A stretch of DNA of 64,000 nucleotides from Bythopirellula sp. GTDB lineage: Bacteria > Planctomycetota > Planctomycetia > Pirellulales > Lacipirellulaceae. Shown here one piece after another: positions 12,152 to 23,500 of this stretch. The translations under genes and the position numbers were made by a program. Position 1 is the first letter of the stretch, and each line of letters begins with the position of its first letter. The stretch is taken from positions 4,320,001-4,384,000 of the forward strand of contig OZ244170.1 of NCBI GenBank assembly GCA_965216565.1. The letters run 5' to 3'. The notes beneath the pieces are model-generated. The model was not told where the DNA came from. It worked only from the letters and a program-made list of their open reading frames with translations, and searched no databases.

Positions 12152-14221
12152 ATGGAAAACTCCGACGATAAGAACAAAAATTCCGGCGACAAAAAACCGG
12201 CCCCCCAAGGCAGCAATTTGGTGTGGTATGTGCTTGGATTCTGCGTCCTGCTGCTTCTGCTCAGTTTGCTGCTGAATGAAAACGATCGCACCAAAATCGC
12301 TTGGTCAGATTTGCAGCAGCTAATCGTTGCCAGCAACCCGGACAATCGAGATCTTGATCCGCCCGTGGCAGACTCAATTGTCGTCGATGAACCCAAAGCA
12401 AATCCTCCCCGTAAGGTCCGCTACAGCCATCTCGATCAGATCAAGATTGGCAATTACGAAGTGACGGGAAAAGTTGACCAAGAGATCCTGGAAGAGGGCA
12501 AAGATAAATGGAGTGAGTCCAAACCCGTTTCGTTTGTCACCGCTAGGCTACCCAACGAAGACCGACTACAAAAGTTGTTGAGCGATAACAAGCTAGAGCA
12601 CACTTACGCCGACCAACCCAGCGCATTACTCGGGTATCTGCCCGTACTAATGCTCACCGGCATGTTGCTATTGTTGATGATTGTGATGCTGCGTCGCATG
12701 GGTGGAGCTGGTTCGCCAATGGCCTTCGGTCGAAGCCGCGGCAAGCTGATTGCTCAGGAAGACATCGAGGTCACCTTCGAAGATGTCGCCGGGATTGACG
12801 AAGCAGTCGACGAACTCCGCGAAGTGGTTGACTTCTTGCAGAATCCAGAACGCTACCAACGACTAGGGGGACGTATTCCCAAGGGTGTGTTGCTTATTGG
12901 CCCTCCTGGTACGGGAAAGACGTTGCTTGCCAAAGCGATTGCCGGCGAAGCGGGTGTGCCCTTCTTCAGCCTCAGCGGATCCGACTTCGTAGAAATGTTT
13001 GTCGGCGTGGGTGCCGCACGAGTCCGCGATATGTTTGGCCAAGCCGAAGGTCGTGCTCCCTGCATCATCTTCATCGACGAACTCGATGCCCTGGGCAAGA
13101 CCCGCGGCAGCGGGCAAATCGGCGGTCACGACGAACGAGAGCAAACCCTCAATGCATTGCTCGTTGAAATGGATGGTTTCGGCAGCAATAGCGGTGTGAT
13201 CGTCATGGCTGCCACCAACCGTCCCGAAACGCTCGACCCTGCCCTGCTTCGACCGGGTCGCTTCGATCGCCATGTTTTGGTTGATCGGCCTGACGTAGGG
13301 GGTCGTGAAGAAATTCTCCAAGTCCATCTGCAGAACATCCGCGTGGGCGACGACGTCAACGTCAAGCAAGTCGCAGCAATCACCAGTGGTTGCGTCGGTG
13401 CTGACTTGGCCAATATCGTCAACGAAGCCGCGCTTCTAGCCGCACGCAATGGCAAGAAAGCTGTCGGCATGGTGGAGTTCAACGAGGCCGTAGAGCGAAC
13501 CAGCGCCGGACTGGAGAAGAAGAAACGCATTATGCAGGAGGATGAAAAGCTCCGCGTAGCGTTCCACGAAAGCGGGCACGCGCTGGTGGCTTATTCGCTT
13601 CCTAATACCGACCCAGTTCATAAAGTGTCGATTATTCCTCGTGGTCTGGCCGCGTTGGGATACACGATGCAGCGTCCCGAGCAAGATCGCTTCCTCATGA
13701 CCCAAGGCGAGTTGGAAAGCCGCATCCAAGTACTCCTGGCAGGCACCGTGGCGGAAGAGATGGTGTTCGAAGACATTTCTTCGGGGGCTCAAAACGATTT
13801 GGAGCGAGCCACAGAAATTGCGCGTAGCATGGTGATGGACTTCGGCATGAGTCGATTGGGCCGAGTGAACTATCGCGAAAGCAATCGAAGCCCATTCCTG
13901 GCAGGAGGCGGTGAAGCGCCTAGAATGCAAAACCACAGTGAACGTACTGCACGGGAAATCGACGAAGAAGTGTCCCGTATAATCGAAGACGGACTGGGTA
14001 AAGTGCGCAATATTCTTTCCCAACGTCGAGCAGCACTCGATGCCACTTCGCACGAATTGATGGAGCAAGAAGTCATCGACTCTGACGAATTAGCTCGCAT
14101 CATCGAGGAGAATTCTCCAAGTCCCATGATCGTGCCTGGCACTGATGGCGAGCGTAAACGTTCGACAACAGCCGACGACGACGCATCATCGGAAACCTCG
14201 GCGGGTAGCGCGGGTTCGTAA
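12152..14221 (+). CDS. ftsH: ATP-dependent zinc metalloprotease
   Basis: Two TM helices, Walker A GPPGTGKT, Walker [30 protein letters not shown] and the zinc motif HESGH. Confidence 0.97.
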   Translation: MENSDDKNKNSGDKKPAPQGSNLVWYVLGFCVLLLLLSLLLNENDRTKIAWSDLQQLIVASNPDNRDLDPPVADSIVVDEPKANPPRKVRYSHLDQIKIGNYEVTGKVDQEILEEGKDKWSESKPVSFVTARLPNEDRLQKLLSDNKLEHTYADQPSALLGYLPVLMLTGMLLLLMIVMLRRMGGAGSPMAFGRSRGKLIAQEDIEVTFEDVAGIDEAVDELREVVDFLQNPERYQRLGGRIPKGVLLIGPPGTGKTLLAKAIAGEAGVPFFSLSGSDFVEMFVGVGAARVRDMFGQAEGRAPCIIFIDELDALGKTRGSGQIGGHDEREQTLNALLVEMDGFGSNSGVIVMAATNRPETLDPALLRPGRFDRHVLVDRPDVGGREEILQVHLQNIRVGDDVNVKQVAAITSGCVGADLANIVNEAALLAARNGKKAVGMVEFNEAVERTSAGLEKKKRIMQEDEKLRVAFHESGHALVAYSLPNTDPVHKVSIIPRGLAALGYTMQRPEQDRFLMTQGELESRIQVLLAGTVAEEMVFEDISSGAQNDLERATEIARSMVMDFGMSRLGRVNYRESNRSPFLAGGGEAPRMQNHSERTAREIDEEVSRIIEDGLGKVRNILSQRRAALDATSHELMEQEVIDSDELARIIEENSPSPMIVPGTDGERKRSTTADDDASSETSAGSAGS

Positions 14222-14244
14222 TCCTGTACAAGACGACGCGCTCA

Positions 14245-14327
14245 TAGCCCCCGGCTCCGCCGGGGGACGGCCTCTTCTTTTCGTAGTGCATTTCCTGCGA
14301 TCATCCCCCGGCAGAGCCGGGAGGCTA
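14245..14327. repeat. Inverted REP doublet (REPIN-like) downstream of ftsH
   Basis: TAGCCCCCGGCTCCGCCGGGGG ... CCCCCGGCAGAGCCGGGAGGCTA; each arm is itself a hairpin. Confidence 0.75.
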
Positions 14328-14381
14328 TCTACTATCGATCCGATGCTTGGCGCGAGGCGTCTCTCCAAGCAGAATGGGGGT

Positions 14382-14750
14382 ATGGCTACTTCTCTCTCTT
14401 CTCTGCCATCCACTCGACTCGGGGCTGGCCTCATCACCGGGGGGCTGTCCGTTATGATGCTCGCCCAACTCGTCGAGAGTATCCCCATTGCATCGGCAAT
14501 GGCGATTGTGGCTTGGGGTGCTATCCAGTTAGCAGATTCTCGTGACAACGGTGGACCGTTGATTGCTGTCAACGTGACCATCTATGTTGCCCTAGTGGGG
14601 TTCGCCATCGCATCGCAAACTCATTCCGCACAGAGTCAGGACGGTGGGGTTGGTCTGATGTTGCTTGCCGACCATGCGTTGGCGATTGTCCTGCTAGTCG
14701 CCTTGGTGTTACATGCCTCGAAGAGCGCTGCTTCGACAATCGAGCAGTAG
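14382..14750 (+). CDS. Small integral membrane protein (about 4 TM), function unknown
   Basis: Four hydrophobic segments. The start could alternatively be 14343. Confidence 0.55.
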   Translation: MATSLSSLPSTRLGAGLITGGLSVMMLAQLVESIPIASAMAIVAWGAIQLADSRDNGGPLIAVNVTIYVALVGFAIASQTHSAQSQDGGVGLMLLADHALAIVLLVALVLHASKSAASTIEQ

Positions 14751-14792
14751 CGGCCAGCAGAAGAAATCGGCCAATAGGGAGTGTAACCGAGT

Positions 14793-17774
14793 CTATCGCA
14801 CGACGTGAGGTAAAGATCGCCAAGCGGTGCGGCCATTCTGTTCGGGTCCCAGCGCCAAACCGATCCAGCCATCGTCGATCACCAACTGTGTGACCATCAA
14901 GCCTTTTAGCCTTGGGTCGTTAGCCAGTCCCTCTTTCATGAGAGACATCTCCTGATCTTTGCGAAGGAGTTTGCCAAACACGCTGTGCAGAACGACACGT
15001 GGACCAGTCCGCAAGTTTCGTCCCTCGAACTGCAGCGTCCCGGCACGGATAAGCCGCACGTCGAGCCCATCCAGTTTTGGTCGGTAGTAAGCATGAACTG
15101 AGAAGTTGCGTATCTTATCCCGCCCATGCGAAACTTCTCGGATATTCAGCACGAGCTCGAGGCAATCGTCCTGACAGTTTACTCGAATCGCATTGTGCGG
15201 GGCGAATTCTATCTTCGCACGCACAGGTAGATCATCGGGTGCCAAAGCCCCGGGCTTGCCTAGTCGAGTTGCGATGAAGTGGTGTAGCTCTAGCGCACTC
15301 ATTCGCTGGCCATTTAGTCCGATGCCATCGATGGCGTTGTTGAGTGCTGACTCGTGCAATTGGAAACTCGCCAAGCTATCGGATGGTGCAAGTGGCCGCA
15401 ACGAATTTGAAGCAAGCTGAAACGAATTGGCAAGCCGTGCCAGCATGACCGCTCGGTCGCTGGTCGTGTACATGTCGATAGGCTCGGCCACGAGTGCTAA
15501 CTTTTCCATCGATCCAAGGACGTTGTCGACAAACTTTTGTTGTAGGCGATGTATTTTTGGATCGGCGTCGCGGTCCATTTTAGATTTAGCTTGACGCACG
15601 ACCTTGGCCTTCACCTGTCGATGAGCGATGCCGCGCGACTTGTGGTGCTTGCGTCGAGCTACGTCACGTACCAGATGGCTCAGGATGGGGATGGGATCGA
15701 AGTTAGTGTCTATGCCCACCAACTCATTGCGTCCTCGGGCGGTGGCCCTGGTGCGTGCAATTCGCAGGCCTTGCGAATTGATAAATACAGTTTTCTGGGC
15801 TTCATAGAACATACGGGCTGAGTTGTTCACCGAAGCAGGCCAGGTATCGGAACGAGTTTTTGAAAGCACTGCCCCCTTGGCTACCAAAGCGATTTGCCAG
15901 GCTTCGTTGTTGGGGATCATCTTTGTATGCAGACTGACGGTCGTGCGCGAGCGCCCCTTAACTTTCGCACCAGCAATCTTGTCATTCACTGCTGACATAC
16001 TAGAACTCTGCTTCGGTAGCATTCGGCTCAACAGGTTGTTCGAAAGTGCCACACGCATATTTGCCGAGCGATAGTGGTCATCGAGATGTTTGGCCAGATC
16101 GCGATACTCCTCGACGGGCGACCATTGCAGCCGTTGTTTGATTTGGGCCAGTGCCGCTGCATAACGAACGTCGTGGTGCGTATCGTAACGCTCTACGATT
16201 GCTGTTAGGGTTTCGATATCCACTGGACCCAGGGCCCATGGGAGTACAGTTTCGCGTAGCTGAGCCACAGGTGGACGAGTAATGAACTCCCGTTGAGATT
16301 CTGTCAGCCGAGAGTCTGCCATTCGCGACAACACTTCTTGAGCTAATTGGCGGCGGCCTCGAGTATCGGATGCCACTCCTTCGCTCGATGCAGTAGCGAT
16401 TTGGTCTAGTAGTAAGTAGTCGCGCCAAGCTTCACCGTTTTCGTTACCCTCCAGCGAGGAAACGATTTCATTTAGCACAGGAAGAATCTCTGCATCGCGC
16501 GGCATGGGGACCTGCAATTCAGCAGGCAATAGACGTAGTTGGGGATCGAACAAGCTTGCCCAAATGTCGGTGCGGCAATCTAGGGCTTGAACCAAACGCA
16601 GCCAATGTTGGCGGAGGGCATGGTCTACCACTTGTTCCGCATTTTCTTGGCCCTGGACCACCAGTTGTTGGAGTTGCTGGACGATTCGCGGGGCTTGTTC
16701 CGTTGAGGTGTTGGTTGCTTCGGCCAACTGTTTTACCAGCGACAATGTCTCGTCAGCCCACGATGAAGCCGGCGAGTCGCCGGCAACTGACTGTAGGCGG
16801 TCTACCAGTGCCTGGGGATAGAACCGCAAGAGGGGCATCTGTGGCGGAGTTGTCTCCTTCACCGCTGCCAACTCAGGCTCAGGTTTCGCGGTCTCTGGTT
16901 CGGGTGCCGTTTCAATTGTTGGCCGAACTTCCGCATGCGATTCAACTGGTGGGTTGGCGGTTGCAGGTACTAGAGGAAGAGGCTTCTGTTCGACTACTGA
17001 TTGAATTTGTGATTCCGCAGGCTCTGACTGATCTGTCTCGGCGAGCTCTGGCAACTGCGGTGCAGGCTCCGAAACACGAGAACGGACGGGGTCAGCAGAC
17101 CGCATAGCGATTTTCACAGGATGTGTGAGCCCCAGCCTTTTCCGTTGCACGGCGTCCATCATTACATCGGCAAAATCCTCAAGCCTCCGCTGATGTATAG
17201 CTTGTGGAGGTAGTGCAACCGGTAGGGTACGGTCTGGCCGCCGATGCATCGCCAATCGGTCTTGTGGACTGCTCACTTTCACAGGGGGAGCGCTTGCCGA
17301 GCGATCCTCGTTGTCCGAGTTTTCATCTGTTTCATTCTCGGATAACTTGTTGCCGAGAACCTGCAGCGAATCGCGAATCTGCAATAGCGTGCCGAAGTTG
17401 AATTCACTGCGAGTGGGCAAACGATCGGAGCTTGGTAATTGTGCAAGCTCCAAGTCTTCAAACGCTGCCGGTATCTGCGGTTCTTCGAGCTTCGGCAGAA
17501 CCGGCCTGACAACCGGCGAATTGAACGGCGACAGAGATTCATCGGTCGATGGGTAGAGCGTGTCGTACCAACTGCGGGCACTAGCAATCTTGGTTCTGTC
17601 TTCAGGAATTGGTTCTGGTAAGGCAGAATTGAACGCAGTTTCTGGCAATTGCCAGTTGCGCGGTGCGTCGACCGCCAGGGCCAATAGCACCGTCAGAAAG
17701 GCCACCAGGGGCCAGAGCGGTTTTCGTCGCTGCCACCGCATTATTCTAGGCCTCCTGCCCCAAATCCCAAGCAT
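14793..17774 (-). CDS. Large membrane-anchored or exported hypothetical protein
   Basis: 993-aa ORF with a basic-plus-hydrophobic N-terminus, a Pro/Glu-rich linker, a helical middle and a beta-rich C-terminal region. Start uncertain. Confidence 0.75.
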   Translation of the reverse strand: MLGIWGRRPRIMRWQRRKPLWPLVAFLTVLLALAVDAPRNWQLPETAFNSALPEPIPEDRTKIASARSWYDTLYPSTDESLSPFNSPVVRPVLPKLEEPQIPAAFEDLELAQLPSSDRLPTRSEFNFGTLLQIRDSLQVLGNKLSENETDENSDNEDRSASAPPVKVSSPQDRLAMHRRPDRTLPVALPPQAIHQRRLEDFADVMMDAVQRKRLGLTHPVKIAMRSADPVRSRVSEPAPQLPELAETDQSEPAESQIQSVVEQKPLPLVPATANPPVESHAEVRPTIETAPEPETAKPEPELAAVKETTPPQMPLLRFYPQALVDRLQSVAGDSPASSWADETLSLVKQLAEATNTSTEQAPRIVQQLQQLVVQGQENAEQVVDHALRQHWLRLVQALDCRTDIWASLFDPQLRLLPAELQVPMPRDAEILPVLNEIVSSLEGNENGEAWRDYLLLDQIATASSEGVASDTRGRRQLAQEVLSRMADSRLTESQREFITRPPVAQLRETVLPWALGPVDIETLTAIVERYDTHHDVRYAAALAQIKQRLQWSPVEEYRDLAKHLDDHYRSANMRVALSNNLLSRMLPKQSSSMSAVNDKIAGAKVKGRSRTTVSLHTKMIPNNEAWQIALVAKGAVLSKTRSDTWPASVNNSARMFYEAQKTVFINSQGLRIARTRATARGRNELVGIDTNFDPIPILSHLVRDVARRKHHKSRGIAHRQVKAKVVRQAKSKMDRDADPKIHRLQQKFVDNVLGSMEKLALVAEPIDMYTTSDRAVMLARLANSFQLASNSLRPLAPSDSLASFQLHESALNNAIDGIGLNGQRMSALELHHFIATRLGKPGALAPDDLPVRAKIEFAPHNAIRVNCQDDCLELVLNIREVSHGRDKIRNFSVHAYYRPKLDGLDVRLIRAGTLQFEGRNLRTGPRVVLHSVFGKLLRKDQEMSLMKEGLANDPRLKGLMVTQLVIDDGWIGLALGPEQNGRTAWRSLPHVVR

Positions 17775-18067
17775 TTCTAAGAACGCGATTCCTTGCCGCT
17801 TGCCATCACAGACACCACCTGTGAGCCACGGATATCCAGACCCCAGGCGTCACGGAGCGAGCAGAGTCCACTCCTATTGATCGGTAATTCGAGCCAGCCG
17901 CTTGCGTAGAGATGGTCCAGGAGAGGGATTCCCTGGTAACTTTGCGAACGATTTGCCTTTGAAATCAGCCATTGGTCGACTCGCTATCGCCGAATGAGTA
18001 GACTGGCGAAACTTTGCCGACTACGGCAGGTGCTATCACGAATAACCAAGTAGGGAGCAACCTTCCT

Positions 18068-19258
18068 GTGGCCAACAAGAAATCTGGTCTGTTAACCGAT
18101 GCCCAAGCGACGCGAAAGTTGTTGCAACTACTAGCCATTCCCGGTGGCAGTGGCCAGGAAGGGATGATCGTTAGTTTTTTAAAGAAAGAACTAACCGCCG
18201 CGGGAGCCAAAGCCAGTTACTTCAAAAGCGATAACGCGCACAAGCGAATTCCATTTGGTGGCGAAGTTGGCAACTTTGCGCTCAAGCTTCCAGGCACAAA
18301 GCGCGGGCCGCGCCGGCTTCTCTCAGCCCATATGGACACTGTGCCTATCTGCGTGGGAACCAAGCCGATACGAAGCGGCGACCGTATTGATTCGGCAGCA
18401 ACAGGTTTTGGACTCGGGGGCGACGATCGTGCTGGTGTAGCGGTATTGCTGACCACCGCGCTGGCTATCTTAAAAAACCAATTGCCCCACCCCCCGCTCA
18501 CCTTCCTGTGGACTGTGCAGGAAGAGGTTGGGCTGCAGGGTGCCAGGAATCTGAAGCTCTCTATATTGGGAAAACCAAAGCTGGCATTCAATTTCGATGG
18601 CGGCACGAGTCATCGACTCACCATTGGTGCTACGGGTGGGTATCGAATGAAGATCGAGATCAACGGTATTGCCAGTCATGCCGGTGCGCATCCCGAGGAA
18701 GGTGTGAGCGCCATCGCCATTGCCGGGCTTGCGATTGCCGATCTCACAGAGAACGGCTGGCACGGATTGATCGAAAAGCAAGGTAAACTAGGCACCAGCA
18801 ACATTGGCGTGATCAAAGGCGGAGCGGCTACCAATGTGGTGTGCGATCGCATTCTAGCCCGTGCAGAAGCTCGCAGCCACGACAGAAAGTTTCGTGAGCG
18901 TATCGTCCGAGAAATCGAGAAGGCATTTGCGCGAGCTGCCAAGAAGGTTTGCAATAGGAAAGGTGATCGCGGAAAAGTTCATATCGAGGGTAACCTCGAC
19001 TACGAGGCCTTCTGTTTGTCTAAAGATAACCCCTCGGTGCGTGCCGGTGCTGAGGCAATCGAAGCCGAAGGCTGTGAAGTTGAATATGTGGTTGCCAACG
19101 GAGGGCTCGACGCGAACTGGCTCACCGAGCATGGAATTCCAACCGTATCGCTGGGCTGTGGTCAAAACAACATTCATACGGTTGATGAGTGGCTTGATCT
19201 GGTAGAATTTCATCAGGCCCGTCGAGTCGCCCTCCGTTTAGCAACTGGAGAAAACTGA
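18068..19258 (+). CDS. M20/M25/M40-family metallopeptidase (peptidase T-like)
   Basis: SAHMDTV, LGGDDRAG, VQEEVG, HAG, GGLDAN and NIHT motifs. GTG start follows AGGGAG. Confidence 0.88.
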   Translation: MANKKSGLLTDAQATRKLLQLLAIPGGSGQEGMIVSFLKKELTAAGAKASYFKSDNAHKRIPFGGEVGNFALKLPGTKRGPRRLLSAHMDTVPICVGTKPIRSGDRIDSAATGFGLGGDDRAGVAVLLTTALAILKNQLPHPPLTFLWTVQEEVGLQGARNLKLSILGKPKLAFNFDGGTSHRLTIGATGGYRMKIEINGIASHAGAHPEEGVSAIAIAGLAIADLTENGWHGLIEKQGKLGTSNIGVIKGGAATNVVCDRILARAEARSHDRKFRERIVREIEKAFARAAKKVCNRKGDRGKVHIEGNLDYEAFCLSKDNPSVRAGAEAIEAEGCEVEYVVANGGLDANWLTEHGIPTVSLGCGQNNIHTVDEWLDLVEFHQARRVALRLATGEN

Positions 19259-19307
19259 ATGTCAGGAGTCGCGAGATAAAGGTAAGAAATTGACGCGAGA
19301 ATAGATC

Positions 19308-19619
19308 ATGGAACCCAACGACGAACTTTGCCTCTGTTTCCACGTCACAAAACGCAAGGTGGCCAACTACATTCGTATTGAGCAACCTCGGCGTGCTGCG
19401 CAGCTCTCTGATTGTTATGGGGCAGGTACCGGTTGTGGTTGGTGTCGGCCATTTCTCGAGCGGATGTTTGAAGCTGCGCAGTCGGCTCAGTCAACTGCCG
19501 AATTGCCCTCCGCCGAAGATTATGCGAGCCAGCGAGGTGATTATGTCCGCTCGGGAGGGGGGACGCCGCCAGCAGGTGCGACGCCAATCGACCAGGATTC
19601 AGGACCGAAGGATATCTAG
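19308..19619 (+). CDS. BFD-like [2Fe-2S]-binding protein
   Basis: CLCFHV ... GAGTGCGWC cysteine pattern. Confidence 0.8.
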   Translation: MEPNDELCLCFHVTKRKVANYIRIEQPRRAAQLSDCYGAGTGCGWCRPFLERMFEAAQSAQSTAELPSAEDYASQRGDYVRSGGGTPPAGATPIDQDSGPKDI

Positions 19620-19844
19620 CCTTTTTGGTCCTCCATCGCAGAAAAAAGGATTGAGGTCTGCCAGTTTCTCGGGAATTTCGCCCTGCACAAGTCCCTGCGG
19701 TTCTTCCGCGACTTGCTGCTTGCTGAACCCCATGTTATAAGGAAATTAGAGGGAGAACGCATGAATTCGCGGTTCCCGATATTCTATTGATCGTACGGTC
19801 AGGGCAGCCAAGCGGTCATCGGCACAGAGAGGCGATTGGCGGCG

Positions 19845-20525
19845 ATGACTCCCATCACACTTCGAGTATTGGATGGCGCCGATCGCGGCCACGTCTTCGA
19901 AGAGTTGCAACCACCGATCACTATCGGTCGTGAAGAAGGCAACTCCGTACAACTCAACGATGAGCGTATCAGCCGTTTTCATATCAAGATTCAAGAAGAC
20001 CAGGAGAAACTGGTCCTAACCGATCTGGAAAGTACGAACGGTACGCGCGTCAACGGCGAAGACACCCAACTAAGAATTCTACGATTTGGCGATGTCATTT
20101 CTTTAGGACGTTCCGTCCTTTTGTTTGGCACGCGGGAACAAATTGCCAATCGACTGGAAGAACTGCGCAGCGATGGCTTGTCCGACACCGGCGATTTGAG
20201 CCCCAATGATTTGGTGGGCCGAGATGAATCGGGCAACATCAGCATCGAGCTTCGACTAGGTGCCTCCGAAGAACTGCAAAGCACGTTGCATATCCCATTG
20301 CCGCCGGATCTCCCTGAGCAGCTTTCTGCAGGACAAGCCGCCCAAGTATCTGAACTTCTCGAATACCTGCACCTACGTACCCGACAATTGGTGCAATCTG
20401 CTTCGGTCAGCGAGGAAGGCAACGTCGTGCAACTCTCGGCTGCGCAATGGCAGGACTTGCTCGATGTGCAATCGCACCTGGCCGAATATCTCCGCCTGAT
20501 TGGCGATCCGGGGTCTACGAGTTAG
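19845..20525 (+). CDS. FHA domain protein
   Basis: TIGR, ISRFH, DLESTNGTRVNG and GDVI FHA motifs followed by a helical C-terminus. Confidence 0.88.
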   Translation: MTPITLRVLDGADRGHVFEELQPPITIGREEGNSVQLNDERISRFHIKIQEDQEKLVLTDLESTNGTRVNGEDTQLRILRFGDVISLGRSVLLFGTREQIANRLEELRSDGLSDTGDLSPNDLVGRDESGNISIELRLGASEELQSTLHIPLPPDLPEQLSAGQAAQVSELLEYLHLRTRQLVQSASVSEEGNVVQLSAAQWQDLLDVQSHLAEYLRLIGDPGSTS

Positions 20526-20582
20526 TCGCTGGGCGGACTCTAATTTGCCGCTAAGCATCGCAGGTTGCCGGCTAAGACCCAA

Positions 20583-23500
20583 CTACGACTCAATGCGCAT
20601 CAGCAGATCACCAGTTTCTACTTGAGTGCCGGCTTTCACATTTACCTCGGCGATCTTACCGGCGGTTTCTGCGGTGACGTTGGTTTGCATCTTCATTGCT
20701 TCCAGCGTGAGTAGTTTCTGGCCCACAGCCACCGAGTCGCCTACCTTCACGGCAACATTGTAAACCATGCCCGGCATCGTCGCGGCGACGTGCCCTGGCT
20801 GGCTTGGATCGGCTTTGGGGTGCTTAGGTGCATCGGGCTCCAGTGCATTGTCGATGACGGTGATTTCACGCGGTTGGCCATTCAGCTCAAAGAAGACCGT
20901 CTTACGGCCATCCTCGCGCGGTTCGCTTACCGTCAGGTATCGGATGATGAGAGTCTTTCCAGATTCAATCTCAACGCCAATTTCTTCGTTGGGTTCCAAG
21001 CCATAGAGGAATGCTGGAGTAGGGAACACGCTTGTATCTGTGAAATTCTGCTCGTGCTCAGCGTAATCCTTGTAGACTTTTGGGTAGAGCAGGTGCGAAA
21101 CAACTTCGCGTCGCAGTGGCTCGCGTTCTAGAATCGGGCGGATCTCGCTTGCTGATTCTTCAAAATCCGCAGCCGGCATGCTGGCACCCGGACGTCCGTC
21201 TAAGGGCTTTTCTCCTCGGAGAATTTTCTCGCTGGCCTGTTTTGGGAATCCTCCCATTGCCTGCCCCATGTTACCTTTCACCAAGTCGATAACGGACTGG
21301 GGGAAAGCCAATTCGCGATCGGAATTGAGCACATCGTCGGCAGTCATGTCGTTGGCAATCAAAAACAGCGCCAAATCGCCGACTGCCTTCGAGGTCGGTG
21401 TGACTTTCACAATGTCGCCCAAAAGCTGGTTTACATCAGCATAAACTTCACAAACTTTGCTCCATTGGTCAGCCAAGTTCAGTGCGCGTGCCTGTTGGAA
21501 CAAGTTCGTGTATTGACCTCCCGGCATTTCGTGCTTGTACAGATCGGAACCTGCAGGCAGGACAGGACTTTCGAATGCCGTGTAAAACTCTCTCACAGCT
21601 CGCCAATATTCGGCCAGCGAATCGAGATGTTCGGCCGATAGCCCCGTATTACGATCTCCATAACGGAGCGCTTCCACCACCGTATTCATGTTGGGCTGCG
21701 CCGTTCCACCAGAGAGCGGAGCCATTGCAGCGTCTGCAATATCCAGACCCACCTCCGATGCTTGGAGGATCGCCGCCCCTTGAATGCCGGCCGTATCGTG
21801 CGTGTGAAAATGGATCGGAAGGTCGACTTCCTCACGCAAGGTTTTCACCAGCAGTTTCGCAGCCGCGGGTTTGCATAGTCCGGCCATGTCTTTGATGGCC
21901 AAGATATGGGCACCCATGTTTTCTAATTCTTTGGCCATCTTAACGTAGTACGCCAGATCGTACTTCGTGCGATTCGGATTCGAAATATCACCGCTATAGC
22001 AAATGGCTGCTTCGCAAATGGCTCCACTCTTGATTACGGCTTCCATAGCAACACGCATATTGTCAACGCCATTGAGTGCGTCGAATACGCGGAAGACGTC
22101 GATCCCGGCGTCTGCCGCTTCTTCTACGAAGGCCTGGACGACATTGTCTGGATAGTTCGTGTAGCCAACAGCGTTAGATGCTCGCAGCAGCATTTGAAAG
22201 AGGATATTCGGAATCCGCTCTCGCATATCGGCCAATCGCTGCCAGGGGCTTTCCTTGAGGAACCGCATCGAAACATCGAAAGTAGCTCCCCCCCACATTT
22301 CGATGGAAAATAGATCGGGGCACAGGTGCGCGTAAGCTTCTGCGATCTGTAGTAAATCGTAACTGCGTATCCGTGTGGCTAGCAGCGACTGGTGCGCGTC
22401 GCGGAAGGTGGTATCGGTAATCAGCAGCGGTTTCTGCTCGCGAATCCACGCGGCAAATTTCTCGGCTCCCAATTCCTTCAACTTTTGACGCATCCCATCG
22501 GGGATTTCTTGGGTGGCGTCAAATTTCGGAATTGGTGCAGGAGTTCGCCTGAGAGCTATGGCACGATCCTTTACCAGAGAATTTCCGTTGACAATTGTTT
22601 CTGCCAGAAATGTGAGTAGCTTGGTTGCACGGTCCTGCCGCGGCGGAAAATCGAACAACTCTGGAGTCTCGTCAATAAACCGAGTCGTGCAGTTGCCAGC
22701 CATGAATGTTGGATGCAACACCAGCTTGATCAGAAACGGAATGTTCGTCTTCACGCCTCGGACACGAAATTCTTGCAGGCAGCGTTCCATGCGTCGTGCT
22801 GCGACGTCAAACCTTTCCGCCCACGCAGTGACTTTCACCAGCATAGAGTCGTAAAAGGGCTGGACGACCGCCCCCGAAAACGCGGTGCCTGCATCCAGTC
22901 GAATGCCCATGCCGCTGGCCGACCTGTAATGGGTCATCCGGCCGTAGTCCGGCATAAAGCGATTGGTAGGGTCTTCGGTCGTCACGCGGCTTTGAATTGC
23001 AAAACCGCGAGTGGAAATGTCGTCTTGAGACGCCAATCCCAGTTCGGGATCGTCTAAACGCATGCCCTGCGAAACAAGGATTTGTGATTTGATTAAATCG
23101 ACACCCGTCACCTGCTCGGTGACTGTGTGTTCAACTTGAATGCGAGGGTTTACCTCAATGAAGTAGAATTTATTTGTATCGGCATCCACAAGAAATTCTA
23201 CCGTACCAGCGGCCGAGTAGTTCACCTCTCGTCCGATGGCAACCGCAGCATCGCAAAGTGCCGTCCGCACTTCGGCATCTAGATTAGGTGCCGGGGCAAT
23301 CTCAACTACTTTCTGGTGCCGTCGTTGCACGGAGCAATCACGTTCGTATAGGTGAACCAATGACCCGTGTCGATCGCCCAATAGCTGCACTTCGATGTGC
23401 CGGGCCTGTTCGATGAACTTTTCGACAAAGATATCAGGACTTCCAAAAGCGGTTTCTGACTCACGCCGAGCTTGTTCGTAAGCGGATTCAAATTCCGACT

